Both the position numbers and the translations under genes were made by a program. This document shows, piece after piece, positions 60,804-64,000 of a stretch of 64,000 bases of DNA. Under the pieces are notes generated by a model. It saw only the letters and a list, made by a program, of their open reading frames with translations, did not search any database and was not told where the DNA came from. This stretch comes from Candidatus Omnitrophota bacterium (lineage in GTDB: Bacteria > Omnitrophota > Gorgyraeia > JACQQV01), in contig JACQQV010000010.1 in NCBI GenBank assembly GCA_016206785.1, positions 302 through 64,301 on the forward strand, in the 5' to 3' direction. Each line of letters begins with the position of its first letter. Position 1 is the first letter of the stretch.

Positions 60804-61652
60804 ATGAAAAAATTCGTGATTTTTCTTTTCTTATTTTTTCCCCTTCATCCCGTATCCGCCCAAGAGGAGGGCGTTTTGCCCGATTGGGTTCAACGCGTTG
60901 AATATTCTTTTCAGTTAGAAAGTGATAAAAAACCTATTTTTTATTTTCAGACAGTCCAGCCTTTATATCAAGGCAAAGAGAAGGTCGATGCCATTTTTCT
61001 TCAACCGCGCATAAGCCTTCAGGAGGAGCGTACTCTGTATAATTTAGGCCTAGGCTACCGAAAACTCGCCTCGGAGAACTTGATTTTAGGCGCTAATTTT
61101 TTCGGTGATTATCAAGATGTACATCGTCACGGCCGATTGGGCGTGGGATTGGAGGCTTTAGGCCAGATTTGGGAAAGTCGTGTGAATGCCTATTTCGGCG
61201 GTATTACGAACGATGTGAAGGTGGAGGCCACCAATGCCTCGACCACCGTTGAACGCGTGGCCGACGGCGTGGACTATGAAATCGGCGCGCCGTTTCCCTA
61301 CGTACCGTGGCTTAAACTTTATGGCAGCTGGTTCTGGTTTGATTTTAAGGATTTTGATGACAAGGAGGGATGGAAATCCCGCCTGGAAGCCGCCTTAAAC
61401 AAAAGTTTAAAATTGGAAGTATATACATGGGATGATAATAAAGGCGATCTGGAATACGGCGGACGCCTGCGGCTTCATATGGCTTTTAATACGTTTTCTG
61501 ATTTTTTAACGGGTATAAAATTTTCTGGGGAACCTTTCCCAAAAAAAGATTTAAAGGCCCAGTTGTTGATACCGGTTGAACGACAATTTGAGATTACCGT
61601 CGAAAAGAAGATTGAATCGAACGGCTTTACCGTTGAGGCAGGGAGGTCATAA
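60804..61652 (+). CDS. Secreted protein, possibly an outer-membrane beta-barrel. Hypothetical.
   Basis: It has a signal peptide, an alternating amphipathic beta-strand pattern and a C-terminal aromatic residue. Confidence 0.4.
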   Translation: MKKFVIFLFLFFPLHPVSAQEEGVLPDWVQRVEYSFQLESDKKPIFYFQTVQPLYQGKEKVDAIFLQPRISLQEERTLYNLGLGYRKLASENLILGANFFGDYQDVHRHGRLGVGLEALGQIWESRVNAYFGGITNDVKVEATNASTTVERVADGVDYEIGAPFPYVPWLKLYGSWFWFDFKDFDDKEGWKSRLEAALNKSLKLEVYTWDDNKGDLEYGGRLRLHMAFNTFSDFLTGIKFSGEPFPKKDLKAQLLIPVERQFEITVEKKIESNGFTVEAGRS

Positions 61653-62227
61653 TGCGTCAGGGAACAAAATTATTTTTAAGTAATATGATTTCGGTTTTTT
61701 TAATTTTCGCAATGACACCCCTTACGTGGGCCAATGGGCCGGCCAATGTGTATAAAGTCACGCTGACAAAATTTGAACTTTATAATGGCACATCCTGGGT
61801 GACGATACTTGACGGATCTTCGACCACCATTGATATTGCATCGGCTTCAGCAGGGCAAGCGGCAGGAAGTTTTATCTCTGGAACGACCGTGCCTGATGGG
61901 ACCTATACCCAATCCCGGGTGACCCCTTCAGCCTCCTTTACGATCAAAGGAAATGATGGGGCCGGTAATTTCACGACTGCAACGATTGGTCCCGGTGGAG
62001 GATGTACCCCAACGACGACAGCGTCTCTGGAGGCGCAATGCACAGTCAGTGTCCCCGGGGGCGTTACCGCTGACACAACGACGTTTACCACTCCTATCAA
62101 GATGACCAACGGGGTCGCCAGCCATAAAGTGCGTGTCAGTTTTGATGTGAGCACATCCATCCAGACGGTCTCCGGCGAAATGTTCCCCGCTGCGCCTCTC
62201 GTGACCGTAACAGTCATTGCCTTATAA
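61652..62227 (+). CDS. Secreted Thr/Gly-rich protein. Hypothetical surface or fimbrial-like.
   Basis: It has a signal peptide and Thr/Ser/Gly-rich beta-rich composition, and is translationally coupled to the upstream gene (ATAATG overlap). Confidence 0.4.
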   Translation: MRQGTKLFLSNMISVFLIFAMTPLTWANGPANVYKVTLTKFELYNGTSWVTILDGSSTTIDIASASAGQAAGSFISGTTVPDGTYTQSRVTPSASFTIKGNDGAGNFTTATIGPGGGCTPTTTASLEAQCTVSVPGGVTADTTTFTTPIKMTNGVASHKVRVSFDVSTSIQTVSGEMFPAAPLVTVTVIAL

Positions 62228-63031
62228 TCATGGATATGAACGCGCTGCCCATTGCGTAACGTCTATTTCTTCCTGAGGTGCACCGATACGCTGCATCACC
62301 CCAAGTTTGTAATGACTGCATGTTTTATCAGGCCCCTGCTTCAAGACACCGAAAAAAGAGCGAGGGTAGTGATATTCTTTTGAATAACACGCACTCTCTG
62401 CGATAAAACCAGCCAACCAGGTCGTTGAACGAAATGTTGTTTCGTTGGACAGTCCTATCACAGCCGGGGTCTTTTTGAAGTTGCGCGAGTTTTGATTCGA
62501 CTTCTCAACTTTTCCAATATGTTTCTTAACGAGCGAGAAGCTCCGTTTCGCTTTTATTTCCAGTAACATCAAGGCTGCTTTGACTTCATCAACGAATTGG
62601 GAATCCCCGATAATTTCAACGTTTGCGTAAATCGTCGTACCAACCGCTTCTTTCTTTGAAGGAGTGCTTTCCGGTTCAGGCAATTGCACCAGAGGAAGAG
62701 GGGTGGGGGGTGCAGGTGTATGGGAAGAAGAGCGCTCGCTCATCCTCCCGAACGTGCTAAGAAGGAGAAGGCCCCCAAGAAGGACAAGAACCCCCCAGAG
62801 GAGGACCGGACTCGTCGTCCGCCTTTCCGTCTTCGCGGGCGCCAGTTTTGGAGTGACCTGTTCGGTCAAATTACGACCGCCGCTCTTTTCTATTTGGCCT
62901 CTGGGAAGCCTGCGTCTTTCATTTTCAACCTTTGTAAGCGCATCTGTTATCTTGCCCACCTCTAACCTCGCATGACAGAATGATACACGAAATAAAAAGG
63001 GGGTCACCCTCTTTAGGGTCTCCCCCATCAC
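62228..63031 (-). CDS. Membrane protein. Hypothetical.
   Basis: It has an internal TM segment (VLLWGVLVLLGGLLLL) and a Pro-rich linker. Confidence 0.35.
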   Translation of the reverse strand: MMGETLKRVTPFLFRVSFCHARLEVGKITDALTKVENERRRLPRGQIEKSGGRNLTEQVTPKLAPAKTERRTTSPVLLWGVLVLLGGLLLLSTFGRMSERSSSHTPAPPTPLPLVQLPEPESTPSKKEAVGTTIYANVEIIGDSQFVDEVKAALMLLEIKAKRSFSLVKKHIGKVEKSNQNSRNFKKTPAVIGLSNETTFRSTTWLAGFIAESACYSKEYHYPRSFFGVLKQGPDKTCSHYKLGVMQRIGAPQEEIDVTQWAARSYP

Positions 63032-63074
63032 TCAGAATAGTGTACCAGTTCGCCAAAGAAGTGTCAATACGATA

Positions 63075-63296
63075 CTATTTCCGTATTTCCACCACTTTAT
63101 CCCGGCTCCTGAACCCTGTAATAAACCTAATTTGGCTCTTTGTGACCCCAAAATGGTTTGCCAGGACTTCAATCGCGGCTTTGTTGGCCTTTCCTTTCTC
63201 TGCGGAAGCCGTGACATAGACCTTGAGCCCCCAGCTCTCCTCCAGGATCTTCGTCTGCTTCGCTTTTGGGATCACACGAATGTTTTGGTAGGGCAT
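63075..63296 (-). CDS. DUF167 (YggU/UPF0235) family protein.
   Basis: It is 73 aa and the EKGKANKAAIEVLANHFGV...I motif matches DUF167. Confidence 0.7.
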   Translation of the reverse strand: MPYQNIRVIPKAKQTKILEESWGLKVYVTASAEKGKANKAAIEVLANHFGVTKSQIRFITGFRSRDKVVEIRK

Positions 63297-63400
63297 TCTA
63301 GTCCCGATATGAATACAAATTCGGTAATAAAATTCGGGGGACGCAACACTTATCTTTTAATTAAGTTGTGTGTCCCCGGAATTCTTTCAGGTATTCCTTT

Positions 63401-64000
63401 TCAAGGCGTTAACACAACCTTTAAAGACTCCTTCCCCTCGACCACAAGGTTAAAACCTTCCTGGATCCTCTCCAAAGGGAGCATGTGAGTAATCGCGTCT
63501 TTCACATTTACCTTGCGATGCTGAATAAGGTCTAAAGATTTTTCCAAGTCGACGGGGGCCGCCCCATAGGTGGAGGTGACGGTGATCTCATTTCTCCAGA
63601 AATCCAAAATGGGAATCGGGACATCTTCTTTTGGAATGGCGAAAAAGAGGATAACCCCTTTCCGGTCGATGCACGCGAAGGTCTGGGCCGCCGCCTCGAG
63701 AGCGCCGGTACAGAGGATGACCCGATCCGCCCTCACCTCAAGGGGTTGATTGGCGAAAAAGACCTGATCCGCGCCGAATTCCTTCGCTTTCCTCAGCCGG
63801 TATTCGTGAATATCTGTGGCAAAAACGGTGGTCCCTTGTAATTTGGCGAGCTGGATGTTCAAGAGACCCGATACCCCGCTCCCCACAATCAGTAGGGTAT
63901 GTCCCTTTTTGAGTTGAATCAGCCGCTGACCTCTGATGGCACAGGCCAGGGGCTCGATCAGCGTTCCTTCTTCATAGGTCATAGAGGCCGGCAGTACATA
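63401..64000 (-). CDS. Zinc-dependent medium-chain dehydrogenase/reductase (threonine/sorbitol dehydrogenase-like), C-terminal part only. The N-terminus lies beyond the window end.
   Basis: It has the Rossmann LLIVGSGVSGL and an EPLACAI Zn-ligand region. Confidence 0.65.
   Translation of the reverse strand, partial: YVLPASMTYEEGTLIEPLACAIRGQRLIQLKKGHTLLIVGSGVSGLLNIQLAKLQGTTVFATDIHEYRLRKAKEFGADQVFFANQPLEVRADRVILCTGALEAAAQTFACIDRKGVILFFAIPKEDVPIPILDFWRNEITVTSTYGAAPVDLEKSLDLIQHRKVNVKDAITHMLPLERIQEGFNLVVEGKESLKVVLTP

Overview
This is a gene-dense bacterial chromosomal window (about 52% GC, roughly 70 coding genes, mostly on the minus strand), plausibly from an anaerobe; that guess rests only on the gene content (KorAB, archaeal-type MetE-like pair, GH57). 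No CRISPR array, IS element or prophage is seen. The most unusual item is a 1945-aa ORF (29388..35225, minus strand) that encodes two internal HPr-like phosphocarrier domains plus a degenerate calcineurin-like phosphoesterase motif, in a genome with only a regulatory PTS and no EIIB/EIIC permease in view.

Main blocks, in window order:
- 1..2661: a C-terminal LexA fragment, immediately followed by a COG1533 (SplB/DNA-repair-photolyase-like) radical-SAM gene. Its CxxxCxxC iron-sulfur motif is split by a 345-aa intein with a LAGLIDADG homing endonuclease (nt 802..1836).
- 2771..5272: a secreted coiled-coil protein with PilZ-like and CBM48 glycogen-binding domains, plus a membrane-anchored coiled-coil partner.
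- 5442..6455: a P-loop kinase-like domain fused to a dCMP deaminase.
- 6519..9523: rmuC, queC, an SDR oxidoreductase and queD.
- 9587..19237 (minus strand): bcp, an aspartase/fumarase-family lyase, nrnA, korB, korA, a Cld-family protein, a ThiI-like PP-loop ATPase, a Rieske protein, two MetE-like paralogs and a small ferredoxin-like protein.
- 19299..26821: a complete isc locus (iscR-nifS-iscS-iscU-iscA-hscA-fdx) with def, a PHP histidinol phosphatase and a second IscA/ErpA.
- 26975..29347: a secreted HExxH peptidase and ispH.
- 29388..35225: the giant HPr-domain ORF.
- 35893..36951: an AmmeMemoRadiSam radical-SAM enzyme with no AMMECR1 or Memo partner in the window.
- 36973..42537: an ABC-2 exporter pair, a sigma-70-family factor, a small lipoprotein, comF and lptFG.
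- 42534..44937: ahcY and metK.
- 44934..51402: a regulatory-PTS/glycogen cluster (sugar nucleotidyltransferase, PGI/PMI, ptsI, ptsH, GH57, ptsN) with no EIIB/EIIC permease.
- 51498..52032: four minus-strand tRNAs (Gly-GCC, Leu-TAG, Lys-CTT, Arg-TCG), with a 19-nt duplicate of the tRNA-Arg 3' end 126 nt downstream.
- 52037..64000: mgtE, a thioredoxin-like gene, a lemA/M48-protease pair, mtnA, several small secreted proteins, an SGNH hydrolase, a DUF167 protein and a partial MDR dehydrogenase.

Two families of REP-like palindromes recur in intergenic regions: (T)CACCCCGTTAGACCTC at three loci and GGGACTAAGTCCC at two loci.
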